A DNA stretch of 64,000 bases. Origin: Amoebophrya sp. A120 (Eukaryota; Protista; Dinoflagellata). Position numbers and translations under genes: made by a program. The stretch covers positions 5,091,700-5,155,699 of the forward strand of contig CAJINV010000003.1 of NCBI GenBank assembly GCA_905178155.1, in the 5' to 3' direction. The notes beneath the pieces are model-generated. The model saw only the letters and a list, made by a program, of their open reading frames with translations, had not been told where the DNA came from and made no database searches. Positions 11,368 to 24,143 of the stretch are shown piece after piece. Position 1 is the stretch's first letter, and each line of letters starts with the position of its first letter.

Positions 11368-14300
11368 ATGTCGCAGACCGGAAAAAGGCAGCTGATTCAG
11401 GTGCACCAGTCGACTATCAAATGCAAAAATATCTTGGTCTGGAAGGATACAAGATTTGTCATGCATGTTTCTCATGACCCATGATGCTTGTGATGCATGA
11501 CCTAGCATCGCAGACATTTAGAGGGCTTCCTGATGCACCTTCCGCATGAGAAATTCCCTGTCCGGGTAGCACAAACTGCACCCCTCTTGCTGGTCATGCA
11601 ATACAAATTTTTTTACCGTCCAAGAACAGCATGACAAGTTGCATTCTTCCAGACCCAGACATTTTTACATTTGATATCGACGGTGAACCGGATCGCAAAG
11701 GACGGGCTGCGGCCCCGGGAGTGGATTTTCAACACCCGCACGCGGCTGTATCCTGAGCAAAAACGTCCACACCCCATAGTCAAGTTGGAAAATCAGCTAG
11801 ACAAATCCGCCAGCTTTGGTTGTTTCGCATGACAGGTTTGTCCTCGTAGTGTAATGCTGTTTAGCTAGTTCAGCAGCATCACAGACCTAACATATCGCGC
11901 TTATTAAAGCATCACAAATGCCAAAGCACAGCGAGAAAATGCTTGGCATGGGGCTCCGCACGAAAAACTTTTTTGGCATGCAGGTTTGCATGACAACTCG
12001 GGGCTGGGGGCGTTTTTACACAGGATAGGCTGCGCACCGGCATCTTCCAGGAGTACGTGCTGGACTACAAAATCCTCGACGTCTGCCTGGTTTTCAAGCA
12101 GACCCTGGAGCCCGGGCGGGTGGCGGAGGCGGTGGCGATTCTGTGCGCGTGGTACCCGATGCTGGCCGGGCGCGTCGAGTTCAGCCACGACGTGGCGGTG
12201 GCCGGCGCGAAGAAGTGGGTCACCCACAACGACAAGGGCTGCAGTCTGGTGTTGGCCACCATGGAGGGCATGGGCTACGCGGACCTGCACGACCACGACC
12301 GCACGATCGACCACCTTAACTTCTGCGACATCGAGACGGACATGCCCAACAAGATCCTTTCGGGCGTGGCCCCCGTGATGACGGTGCAGCTGACGAAGTT
12401 GCAGCGCGGCGGCTGCGTGCTCGGGATCGCCCTGTCCCACTGCGTGTGCGACCACGGCGGCCTGCAGCAGCTGCTCCAGGACTGGAGCAAGCTGTACCAG
12501 GACCCGCTCGCATTGATCATGCCCACGGCGAACGTCCCCGACTGCTACTTCAACGCGCCCTCCGGCGGCGAGATCCAGGCGCACATGCGCACCCTGGGGC
12601 TGATGCGGCTATCAAAAGGAAAAATCCCCCCTCCCCATATCGAAACGAAGTTTCTGATGCTGGATTTCCATACACAAATCAGATTTGTCTTGCAGTAGAG
12701 GACTGCAGGCATATGCCAAGCCTCATTCGAGAGGTTTTGACGTAGGCGCCTAGCATGACAAACGCGTATGCTCTTAGCCCAACAGCATCACAAACCGCCT
12801 GCAAAATGCGGAACGCTTTCTGGACTTGCCTTCTTGCAAGACAGACAGGATTTGAGGTCACAAATGCGCATCACAAATTTTCAGACGGGCACGCTTTCGA
12901 TATGGGGAGGGGGGTTTTTCCTTACGATAGCGACTGGAGCGCAACCTAAGCAACCAGCTGATCAAGGACGCCAAGGTGGGGCTCAGCCTGATCGGCCAGC
13001 GCCTGGCCTCCCACTGCCGCGAGCGCCCGGACCACGTCCGGCTGTCCTTCACGAAGTTTCAAAAAGACCTGTTGATCAACACGGCCGCGAACGACGAGGA
13101 GATCGACCACAGTGTCACCACCAACGAGGCCGTGCTGGTGTACATCTGGAACCTGATGCTGGACACCATCGAGTTTCCCATGGAGCAGCGGGAACACCTC
13201 GCGGTCATGATGTACGTGGACCCCAGGTCACGGGTCTCGGAAGCCGATGTGGGCAGCAGAGTATAGCGTTTGTTTGTACACTTAATTGAGACTGAGCTTG
13301 AGTTTTTGTTTTTGACCTATCACGAAATGAATTATCGTGATTGTCTGCATGCTGTTACTAGGTGAACAGCGCTAGTACGTGCATGCAGAAATCGCATTGC
13401 ACTGGCGTTGTACAGGTTTTCATCAATAATCGCGATGTCAATGGTGCCGGTAAAAAATCCAAAACCATAAATTTTAACAGACCTTCGGGAGCATCATAGC
13501 CGGGATTTCAGTTCCAGTCAACATGAGAGGGTCGCTCGGCACGGTAACGAGCAGCGTTCATTTTAGCAGTCGAAAGGCGCTGAGGACAGAGAAAATCGCC
13601 GCCAGTGTCAAGATGGAGGCTACTATCTTCCCCGAAAACGAGTCGGGTGAGGTCCTGTTCAACCCCCAGACCACAACAGAAAACAGCGGCTGCATCGGAG
13701 AGTGGTAAGAGCACAGCGGGGATCTCTGTTTTTTTTTGCTCGAAGAGTTAGTTTATTACATTGCCTAGTTATTGCGTTGTGCGCACCTCCACGGGTAGTA
13801 CAGGTAGAAGCGAGGGTAATATTAAGGTATCAAATTATGTACTCGTACCCAAGAATATTTGTTCCGCGGTAATATCTAAACAGGTTCTACGGCGCACCAC
13901 TGCTGGATTGGCAGCGAGGGACCAAGATGGCCACGTTTGGCGCGGACTTGGTGCGGTGCGAAGTGGGGTACTCCGGTGAGGTATCAAATGCAAAAATGTC
14001 TGGGTCTGGAAACTTGTAATGCTGCGTTGGGAACAGTGAATGCTCTGTAATGCACCACCAAGCATGAGAAATATCTGCGCTTCTTTGTGTTGCGTTTTTC
14101 GCATTACAAACTGCGTTTTTGCATGACAGGCAAAAGGGTCTCTTCTTAGACACGGATCGCAAACTTTTTGGTCATGCCAGACAAGCATGACAAATATCGC
14201 AATCTTCCAGGCCCAGACATTTTTGCAGTTCATATGAGGGTGTAAAGGTGTCTCCCCGGGTGGACGGCGGGTTGGACGTGTACTTGACACGCATGGACCG

Positions 14301-14463
14301 CCTCTACTTCAACGGGTGGCCAGAGACCTTGGCAAAGTACCCCTACAAAGGGGCGTTCGTCGACGAACTGAAGAAGAGGCACGATTCCTGGTGCCGAAAA
14401 ATCAAGCCGCCGCGACGAAGTGCGTTTAATTTTGCCATGGGGCTGATGGACGCCCAACAGTGA
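11368..14463 (+). CDS. BAHD/HXXXD CoA-dependent acyltransferase-like protein
   Basis: WYPMLAGRV, PVMTVQLTKLQRGGCVLGIALSHCVCDHGG (HXXXD) and an ATFG motif near the C-terminus. Inferred exons 11368-11414, 11682-11748, 12033-12609, 12935-13260, 13481-13704, 13884-13981, 14240-14463. All four TIR-element removals are in frame. Confidence 0.8.
11415..11676. mobile_element. TIR introner, family A (262 bp)
   Basis: TIR tatcaaatgcaaaaat... / ...atttttacatttgata. TSD tcgac. Removal gives VHQSTVNRI. Confidence 0.93.
11749..12027. mobile_element. TIR introner, family B (279 bp)
   Basis: TIR tatcctgagcaaaaacgtcc / gggcgtttttacacaggata. TSD ggctg. Removal gives TRLRTGIFQEYVLDY. Confidence 0.92.
12610..12929. 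mobile_element. TIR introner, family C (320 bp)
   Basis: TIR tatcaaaaggaaaaatcccccctccccatatcgaaa / tttcgatatggggagggggtttttccttacgata. TSD gcggc/gcgac (1 mismatch). Removal gives LMRLERNLSNQ. Confidence 0.88.
13982..14234. mobile_element. TIR introner, family A, second subfamily (253 bp)
   Basis: Left TIR tatcaaatgcaaaaatgtctgggtctggaa; right end slightly decayed (...tttgcagttcata). TSD tgagg. Removal gives GYSGEGVKVSP. Can be read as GT-AG intron 13981-14238. Confidence 0.9.
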
Positions 14464-15291
14464 GCAGGCCACATCGTCGACCGGGGCACGTGTCATCTTG
14501 AAGGGCGAGGTTTAGAAAAAATCATTTCACGAAACAATTCAGAAATCTGTCCCTGTTCGTTGTGGTTTGTTTACAACATCTCTTGTAGTGTTTCTCATTG
14601 CACTTTACAGTTGATCTCAGTTTTTACACACATTTTTATTGTTCCCCCACCGAATACTGCGGTAGATAGGATTTAGAGCAAATTTAGGTCTCGCATAATT
14701 CCACAATTTTCGAATTCCAAGCTATTCCCGTTACTGGATCTATATCCTAGTTCCTACCGACAAAGAGTTGACTCGTGATTCCTTCCGAATTTGGTACACT
14801 ACACGAGAATGTTATTCGAAGAAACTTTTTGCCCTCTGATCTTTGTTGCTTCTTTTCTGTGACCCTGGTTCCTTGCTGCTGTTCTTTCGTGCAAAAAAAT
14901 TCACGATACCAAGAAGCACCAGGTGGTGCGGTATGTGAGAGATTTTTTTGCCTCCAGCTTCAGGGGCAAGCGAGTCGAGAGAGAGAGTGAATGAAAGTCG
15001 ACAAAAAGTCCAAAATGGCAAATGTAGAAGCGCCTTCTGCTAATCTGGCCCTCTCCCTCGGGACGAGCTTGAAATAATACAAGATCGATTGAAAAAATTA
15101 TCAATGCGGCCAATGAGAATTTACTGAAGCCTCGAAAACTAGCGTAGACGCGGCGGCCAGCGAAGTTTTTTTCGGGCTGTAGTTTGGTGGTTGTGCCCGG
15201 GTTGGGCTGTATCGCATACACATTTTTTCAGTGCAAGTTCCGGAATAGAGTAGCCGCAATATATTAATTTGTTATCGACGCTCCTGCCAAC

Positions 15292-18200
15292 ATGGCGGCT
15301 GCCCGTGGTCTCTCGGAGCAGAACATTCGTATCTGTTGCCGCATCCGGCCGGTAACCATCGGGGAGCAGGAAGCGCAGTCGTCGACCGCGGTACAGCAGG
15401 AGGATGCGCGGAATCTGGTGCTGTACGATCCCCGGCACAAGGGCGTGTCCCGGCGCTTCCAGTTCGATCGCGTGTACTGTGAGGAGCACACGGAAACCAT
15501 CTTTCAGGAGGAGATCGCCCCGCACGTGCGGGGCCTGTTCGCCGGGAACCACCTCACCGTGTTCGCGCACGGGGCCTCCGGGTCCGGCAAAACCTTTACC
15601 ATGGAGGGGGTGGAACCGGATTGCCAGTACGGCGGCCTGGGAATCACTCCACAATCCGTGGCCATGATTTTCCACCACCTGGATTCCGGCGACGTCGCCC
15701 CGCAGGACTACGAAGTCCGATTCTCGCTGTATTCTTCGAGATTTGTAGGCCATAGGTTTATTTTACCTATCAACATCTGGCACTGGCACGAGTACGACTC
15801 TGGCTTTGCCTGACATTCTGGCAGCTTTGCCCGACAGTTAATATAGAAGGTGAATTATAAGACAGCCACAGCGGCTCTACTCCGACGAGTGCCGTCCTCT
15901 GCTCGGAATGATGCAGAGTGCAGCACCAGTATATCTCTAAATTATTACGTCGCTCCCCCGACCACCGCTAGTTGTACTTGATGACACCACAGGTATGAGA
16001 TTTACTGCGAGAAGGTGCGGGATCTGCTGCAGGACGTGGATCCGCAGAGCAAGGGGCGAGATAGCAAATACGACGTGACGGACCTGCCCATCCAGAAGGA
16101 CCTCGCGGGCTTCGAGATCATTCCGGACCTGACGGAAGTTATTGTGGAAAGCACAGAACAGTTCTGGCATCTGTACCAAAAACGCATTCGCCTGCGCAAG
16201 AAGGGCCGCACCCTGCTGAACGAGGAGTCCTCGCGGTCGCACGCGTTTTGCGTGCTGAAGGTGGTCAAAAAGCAGAAGGAGAACAAGGCCAATGCCCTGG
16301 CGCGCCGGCCGAGCGGCGCCTCCAGCATGACCTTCCACGAGCGCCCGCGCCCGCCGCAGACCGGGAGACTGTTCCTGGTGGACCTCGCGGGGTGCGAAGA
16401 CAACCGCATGTCGGGTAACAGCGGCATCCGCATGCTGGAGTCACAGGCGATCAACGATACCTATCTCGCCCTTGTCAAAGTCTTCCACGCGTTGAAACGC
16501 CGGCAGGGGCTCTCCGCCTTCTGCCGCGACGCGAAGTTGACCCGACTGCTGCGCGGTGCGCTGGAGTCGAAGGCGAGCCCCTGTCTAGTCATGATCACGG
16601 TATAGTACGAGCATGATGCGAGAATTGATGAAGTAGGATAATAAATTGCTGTGAGCTGGGTTCTTTCTTCAGCAGATCCACCTGTGGTCCTTTTATGTAA
16701 CGCATGATCTTCGGAATGGATTTTGATCCCCATCATGTCCCTTCCATCCTTCTCCTGAAAAACTCAAATTGTAGGTTTCGCCGTCCCGTTTTCGGTTTCA
16801 GGCAACACAGAACACATTTTCCTACCTGCAGTTGAACGGTGCGCCGCTCGGCGGAGCTGCGTCTTGCGCAGAGATTCCGGCGCTTCCCCTCGCCAATCTA
16901 AACGCGCCGCCGGCGCCGGCGAACCAGGTGCAGAAGAGCCACAGCTTTGTGCGCGAAGCTTTGTCAGCCCGAGGTCCGGAGAAGAAAAAAGACAGCTTTC
17001 AATTGAACCTGCCGCAGAACAACAGTAATCTCGTCCTCCAGAGACCGCCGTCGTACTCGGCGCGGAAGTTACCTCCGCCCTCCTCGGCACGGCCGGGCGG
17101 GCGCGGTACCCATCAGCGTGGTAGCGTGGACAGTTTGAAGGACGCGGCCGGAAGGGCGGCGTATTCGCTGGCTGGAGATCAGAACCGGATGAAGATGAAG
17201 CCCTTGTCCGCGCAGCCGTCGCGCCGGCACAGTTTCACAGTCGAGTCGGAGCCCAAGATTCTGCGTGGTGGAGGTGCCGCTCCGCGTTCGGCGGATGTCA
17301 GCATGTTATCGGAGACCAACGTGCGCCCGGGCGAAGTTGGTCCGGCGGACGACGCGGAAGACCTGGACGAGGACTGGAAGAATGCACGCAGAGTGGAGGT
17401 CGATGAATACGAGTCTTTCAACCTTGACAGCAAGAAACTGGATGAAGGAGCTGCAGGACAAGTGACTAAGGTGGCGCGAGAGGACTACGTTCTTGACAAG
17501 GGGAACAAGGAAACGAAACCCGGTCAACTACAGCAGCATCTTGCTCCTGTGCCTCCGTCAGCGCCAGGTCCTGCGGATGGAGCTCCTTCGCGCGGACCTT
17601 CTCCGCGCGCCAGGGCACAACTGTCGTCTTCCCCGCTGGTAAGTGTCGACTCCCCGCCTGGTCTTGTCGAGAGCAGCAGTCTGCAGATTGGTGAGAAAAG
17701 TGCAAGTAGCTCTTTTGGAGCAGAGCAGCCGAAGATGTTGAAAACAGCAGCGACAGCGGCAGCAGCAACAGCTCCAGGTAGAAGTCGTGAAAAACTTGTT
17801 TCTTCACCCGCAAAAGGCGACAGGACCGCGAAGAAACAATCCGGTTGTGCTCAACTTGAACAACCGGTCACGGCGCTGCCACAGGCGGTGGCAACAGGGA
17901 AGTCACAGCCGTCAAAGGTAAAAAGTAGTGCCACCTTGCAAAAACAAATGGGCCGTGGAGCGGTTGCTGCACCGTCCAATGGCGCCACAGAGGTTCTGGC
18001 GAAGAAAAGACCACTACATAGCAAGGTAAAGGCAGGTGGGACCAGCAGCCGTGATTTCAACAACGGCCCGTCTTCCCGCCCGACGTCCGCCGGCGTTGCC
18101 GCCTCCAGGCCAACGTCGGCGACTCAGCAGGCGAGCAGGCAGGCGGCGCAGGAGACGGGAAGTACGCAAGCCGCGGACAGTCGAGTGAGCACTGCCGCCG

Positions 18201-19063
18201 CAGCACCGACGCCGCGAAGCCCGCAGTCCCCCAACAAGATGAACTGGTCCATGGGGAACGTGCCTTCCAGGCCCAGCACGGCAGCACGGACACTTTCCCC
18301 GACGCAAATGGCCGGGCGCAAGCCGCTCGCCCCCGCCACAGCGGCGTCCAGTGGAACTACTGCACCGGAGCTAGCACCGCCTGCCGCGGGGGTTTCGGCC
18401 GCGGAGGGCGTTGGGCTGTCCGCCAGCTCGGGGGAGGCGAAAGCCCGAGCAAGACCAGCAACCGACTTGGTCCTCGTAGACCACCTATCGGAATCCGCAA
18501 CAGACAACGAGTCCTGTTCCCGCGGCGACGCGGAGCATCACAGCAGCGTACACAGCTCGGAGGCGTACAGCAGCTCCAACATTCCCAGCCCCGAGGAGAG
18601 CACCACTTCGTCGAACCACGGGGGCGACTCTGGAAATAAGCCTGAACTTCTGTCACACGACAAGAACGACCCGCCGTTTGTCCATCAAGAAGTGGGGGCA
18701 AGAGCCCCCGCGGAACAACAAAAAAACGCGAGCACGGCGACGGGTAGTGCCGACGACTTTTGGCGGGACAACGTCGTGAATGCAGTCCAGGAGAACCTGG
18801 TGGAGATCAGTAATTTGCGCACAAGGAACGCCGAGAAGAAGGGAGCTGGAGAAAGCGTCAAGGAGTTTCGCGCGAAGCAATCGAAGATCCGGCAACCGCA
18901 GCAGCACTTCAAGGCCGCCGTGGTTCCGGTTGCCGACGAGATTCGGAATGGCATGCGAAGCTGCCTGCGGCCACCCACCAATGTCCGCAAGAACAAGGAG
19001 GACCTGTCGACGTCGAAGATCGTACGAAACTATTTTCAACCACCCAATCCGGTGGACCTCTAG
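15292..19063 (+). CDS. N-terminal-motor kinesin, kinesin-10 (KIF22/Kid)-like, with long low-complexity tail
   Basis: RIRP, FQFDRVY, P-loop GASGSGKT, switch I SSRSH and switch II DLAGCEDNR..GN.G.RMLES.AIN (resembles kinesin-10). Exons 15292-15728, 15993-16599, 16775-19063, all GT-AG. Confidence 0.88.
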
Positions 19064-20568
19064 TAATGCAACAGGAATGTTGCCTTTTTGTGCGCAGCGA
19101 GGCCGCAAGCCCTTGATTAGCACAACCTGCATGGATGGCCACAGGCACCTTCTCGTTTGAAGTCGTACGGCCCAGCGCTTAATTGGTCCTATCTACCGAG
19201 TTGTCAACGATGTTCTCTCCCTGACGATTCATTGAGGCGTGTCGTATGTAGTGAGGTCACCGAACGGGTCTAACCAGGGAGTTTTTTTGACAGCTACCCT
19301 GAAAAACGACCGGCAGTTTGCAAGCGGCCGGAAGCGTTTTTTGACAAAAAAAGTCTTCAACTATCAAGCCTCCGGGGCTTTGCCAACAAACAAGCCCGGT
19401 CGAAAACTATCGATTCGCACTTGATAAAACGACGCAGGGGAGCCGGCAAAAGGGGCGCCCTTCTGAGGCGCCCACCGCCTTAGTTTCTGGCGATTTGGGG
19501 CGCCCAAAAAGGAGCGCGCAAAAAACGCGCCCAAAATCAGAACAGCGAAACAGCATGGCACGGCCGCGATTTCGGAGCATTTTGGGCGGCCGCGAAAGCG
19601 GCCGCCTTTTCGCCGGTTTCAGAGCCTGGGAAGCTTTGCAAAAAGCGCCGGCGAGAAAAATAAAAACCCAAAAGAGAAAAAGCGCGCCAAACGCGCAAAG
19701 CCAATCCGCATGCTATGGGCCCGATTTTTCTTCGCTTTTTGGGCGTCCCCGTTGGCGCCCGGATCGGCCCCATAGCATGGGGGCTGGCTTTCGGAAAGGA
19801 ATCGCGGAAATTTGCCAAAATTTGCGATGTTCACCAAGCGGCCGCCATACCGTGCGGCCTAACGTTACTCGGGGCGGTATGGCGAGCCCAGAAAAAGCAA
19901 AGCCGCGGCCAAGGCGACGGCCGGCAAGAAAACGCCCACGACCTCACTACCTCCGCCCCGGCGGCTTTATTTGGTACTTCTTACGTATCAGTTCTTTATT
20001 CCCTCAGTCTCAGATAACTTCTGCGTGCCTGCTCCTCTGCTGCCATCGTTTTGATCGTCGTTCACGTTTTTGTTCAAAATGTTTCCGTCTCGTGTGTCAC
20101 GTTCGCCCAGCTTCGTCGCCACTGTAATGAAAGTGTGTGTAATAAAATATGGCACAGAGTCTGCCCCTGAGACGTCGGCTCCCTCGGTATCGTTCTAATT
20201 GGTTCTACTTGCTGGCACGTCCCAGCTGCATCCGCAAGGTGAGCTATTTTCTATCTCCATGCCACTTTTGTCAGTCGTGATTTCGTGTAGGATTAGATGT
20301 TGTGACACTTTCGTGCATTTTTGACGCTCCGGTCATGTTCATTTTCGGTAAAAGCAGAATTTGAATTTCCCATGGATTTTTGGCCAGCCTCCTCACCAAT
20401 AAATCGACTTCGTAAGGTTTTTCCCCCTAATATCAATTATAGACTACGTCTGCATGCCAGAAGCAGTTTTTGAGTAGACTCGATTTTTACTAGTTGTCCC
20501 ACAAGAATTCGAAACAAGAGTTGTCTTAATGCAACAGCAATGCTAATAGCGATAGCCAGTGCTGTCTA

Positions 20569-21864
20569 GTGATGGCAGATCACGAGCACACGGACCCTGC
20601 CGCGCACGAAGCGGGCCCAACCGTGACCGTGCACACGGCGGATACGCCAGTGAACGGTTCGCGGCCGGGGAGTAAGTCGGGGTCCCCGTTTTCAGCCGAG
20701 AGTGTACTACTCCAGAGTCCGGCCACGCACGCCCGGCCGAGCCCATTGGTATCCCCGATGGGCGACACCATGTTTTCCCAGCTGGCGCAGCCGGCGACCC
20801 CGGTGAACCGCGTGTCGGCCACCGAGGCGCTCCGGAACCAAACCACCCTGTTCGGGATGCCGGACCGCACGCTGCTCACCCTGCACAAGTTCAACCGGAA
20901 CCCCACGCAGCGGTTTCAGATGACGCTCACCCTGGCGGACAATGGAAACCGCAGCACGGCCGGCGCCGAGGTCCACCTCGTTGTGGACTGCGACGAGGAG
21001 GGCAGTCCGGTGTCGCTGTTTTGCCAGCGGTTTAAAGAGCACTGCCTCAAGGTGCATGAGCAGTACAGCATCACGAAGCTGCAGCGCCGGCACTATTTGC
21101 AAGGGCGCGCGCGGGACTGGGCTTTCGAGAACGACGTCACGCGCGAACGGCTGGTGCAGTTCTACGAGGCGATGCGCAACGTGCCGATCTCTGAAATGAG
21201 TTTGGTCAACAACGACCACAACGACGGCCGGTTTCTGGACGTCGTCGAGAACGAAATAAACCTGACGGTGTACGTGAATGCAGGGAAAAAGGGGTCGTTA
21301 CCCGGTGTCGTGGATCCAAATGAACCGGGCGTCCGCGCCGGTCACTTGCGCCTGCTTCTGTGTTTGTCCGCGAGCGACCGACTGTTGCACGGAAAGGAGC
21401 CCGGCGGCGGGGAAAAAAAGCCTGTCGCCAACAGCAGCTCTGAGGAGGAAGGGACGGAAAAGGATTCGAACGAGGATCAGGAGGACGACGAGGGACGGCA
21501 GGCTGACGCCGGTGGTGTGGAGGACTTCAACAAAGCTGCGGGCCGCGATTCTGTCATGCCCGGATCGTCCTCTTTTTACACGCTAACTCCGGCGGAACAG
21601 GAGGCCAAAAGTGCGATGTTTCGGCGCCTGGCGCGAGAACAGCGGGCCATTCTGGAAGTCATCAAGCGCAACGACGCGGGTCGCGGCAGATTTGGAGAGC
21701 GCGAGTGGGCGGAGAAAGTGCGAGATTTCCCGAGGAAGTACAACCGAGAGCCTTGGGACCATATTCGCGACTGGCTCGGGGAGATATGCGACGAGGGCGA
21801 TTTCTATGCGGCGAAAGACAGAGCCTACGAAGAAAAGCTAGCGCGCAGGATGGCAAGCGAATGA
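20569..21864 (+). CDS. Hypothetical protein (431 aa)
   Basis: Long single ORF with GC3-rich codons, flanked by AT-richer DNA. No motif recognised. Confidence 0.7.
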   Translation: MMADHEHTDPAAHEAGPTVTVHTADTPVNGSRPGSKSGSPFSAESVLLQSPATHARPSPLVSPMGDTMFSQLAQPATPVNRVSATEALRNQTTLFGMPDRTLLTLHKFNRNPTQRFQMTLTLADNGNRSTAGAEVHLVVDCDEEGSPVSLFCQRFKEHCLKVHEQYSITKLQRRHYLQGRARDWAFENDVTRERLVQFYEAMRNVPISEMSLVNNDHNDGRFLDVVENEINLTVYVNAGKKGSLPGVVDPNEPGVRAGHLRLLLCLSASDRLLHGKEPGGGEKKPVANSSSEEEGTEKDSNEDQEDDEGRQADAGGVEDFNKAAGRDSVMPGSSSFYTLTPAEQEAKSAMFRRLAREQRAILEVIKRNDAGRGRFGEREWAEKVRDFPRKYNREPWDHIRDWLGEICDEGDFYAAKDRAYEEKLARRMASE

Positions 21865-22394
21865 AATAAACGGTTTTCGAGTAGTTCTAGCAGACTACAC
21901 GACTAGGGAGTAGACGTGTATAATGGGTAGGTACAGTATCTGTCTTTGACGCGAATATGAGTTCGTCTTGGCACGTTGAAAAATACTTGTGGGACGAATA
22001 CTTAATGATCGCCGTTTCGGTGATACGCGTTTCCGTTTTCCGTACAAATATCATTTCACTTTCTTCTATGCTAGCGGAAGTGATATCAACTGCACGTCGG
22101 TGTATGCGAAGTGATGCAACTTTTGGTCAGACTCTGATCACAAAAATGGTGTTCCATCACGCCACCACCGGGCGTAGCTACTGTGTTTCGCTTGAGAGAT
22201 AAAAATGTGAGGGAATTCAACAGAGCGGACAGTTGAAGTTTTTGTCGAGGTTTTCATGCCCCCGGTTCGACCAGTAGCATGCGGCCGAAGCCGATTCGAG
22301 TGAAAATGTACTAGAGGTTGAGAGGTCCTTGTTTGTAGTTCTTGCACCACAGCGTCTATTGTTGCGAGCGCTTCTTGCGGATCATACAAAAAAG

Positions 22395-23619
22395 ATGCCC
22401 GACACGACGGGGCGATGCGTTGTGGCATCATTGCTCTACTGCTGCATTGGCTTGTCCTTCGGTCTGCAGCCTGCGCAGGAGCAAGTCAAGTTTCACGCCG
22501 ATGGAGAAGTGACGGCAAAGGTCGGTGCAGTGCCGCAAGTACGAGCCGTCTCAAGAACCTCCGCGAGAACAACCCGGGTCGTGGGGGAGGAAGACAGTAG
22601 CGCGGCGGGGAACAAGAAGACCTCGCTTCCACCGAAAAATAAAGTATCGTCTACAACAAGAACTTCCAGTACACTGCAGAAAAGAGAGGACGATGAGGAG
22701 GGTGGCGAAGACGAAGGACACGCGGAGGACGGCGGGGAGGAGGAACATCACGAAGTCGAAGGAAGCGCCGGCGGGGACGAGGAGCACGACCATCATGAGG
22801 AAGGCGAGGAGCACGAAGAAGAGCACGGAGGGGAGGAGCATGATGACGCCGAATCTAAAGAACACGAAGACAAGCCTGCGGGGGAGGACAAAAAAGACGC
22901 CGGCACAGTAGAAGAACAACACACGGATCAGGATGCTGGCAAAGAAGTAGAGGAGGAGGGCGCAAAGGGGGAGGACGGCAAAGAGGCGGAGAAGCAGGAA
23001 ACTGCAGCGCATGAGGAGGGTGACGACGAGCATCACAATGAGGAAGCAGCAGAAGGCAACGTGAAGGAGGAGAGCCACGAAGCGAAGAACGACGAAGACG
23101 AGGGCACGAATCAGAAGGAACAGAAAACGCCCGAACCAATGTCGCATGACGCTGCAAGTTCGAAAGCGGCAGAAAAAAATTCGGCGCTGAAGGAATCGCT
23201 TATGGCCGACACAAAGGATAGTGTGCGCGCCAAAGCATTGGTATAGTACAGTGCGTTTGTATTGTTTTCTGATAATTTCTACCTCTTTCCTCGGCGAATG
23301 TGTCTAAGTAAGTACTATGTACAGCTAGCTATTCTTTCATAGTCAGAACTGCGATTGCAGAGCTTGAAAATTGAAATATCTACAGATCGATTGCATGTAC
23401 GCGCGGCGTGGAGAAGCCATCAAGAACATGGCCAACAAGTTTGACGACGTGACAGCGGGCCTGGCGGAGGACTTCGTCAAGGCCTACAAGGGCAATTTCC
23501 GTCGTGGAAATCTGCGAGGAACCGCACAAAAACACGAGGATGACCTCTGCGGGCAGCTGCTCGCCCAGCCCGAATCACAGGACATCCTTGACCGCATCAT
23601 GGCCAAGGCGAAGCGCTGA
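22395..23619 (+). CDS. Putative secreted acidic Glu/His-rich protein
   Basis: MPDTTGRCVVASLLYCCIGLSFG hydrophobic leader followed by a long E/D/H/G tract. GT-AG intron 23241-23385 joins ...KAL to IDCMY in frame. Confidence 0.7.
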
Positions 23620-24143
23620 CTTAGTGGAATGGGGTACATTGTCCGCCTAGTAGAATGTTGTGGCTCTCTAATGAGTTGACCGAGGGAAGGCGTGCCCGTC
23701 TCCTGGTCCACCTGTACGATTGGTTTTCAGAATGAACAACGCGATTTAACGAAGCGAAGTCGCCACATCTCCTCCTTGTGAATATGTAGAATATAATTAC
23801 GATCCGTGAGGCTTACAAGAAGCACTCTCACTGCAGAAGGCCGCTTCCGTTGCACAGAGCGGGAGCGCGTTTCACTATGTCTTTGTTTTTTTGTTTTCTG
23901 TCGGATCCTTCAGCCGGGCCCGGGCCTGTCCATCTGAAGTACGAAAGTAGAGACCTTGAGATTTTCGTTGAAATCAAAAAAAGAGACCTACGATCCTTGT
24001 TCTTTTCGGCGCGGTCCGTTCACGATCCTCAGCCTGTGATCTGATCCCTGTGCTGTCGTACTCACACAAAACACTATGCGGTGTGCTGTGTCTGAACGTG
24101 ACCACCGACTCGCCGCGCAATTTACGTATTGATAGCTGCGGAA

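Noticed and set aside
11748-11756. gtatcctga resembles the U12 donor RTATCCTT
   Set aside because: Only family B fits, I saw no U12 branch-site consensus, and the same sequence is required at the other end as a TIR.
19200-20000. GC-rich intergenic block with a 210-aa ORF (19495-20127)
   Set aside because: No domain, no terminal repeats found, and homopolymer-rich; cannot be supported as a gene or element.
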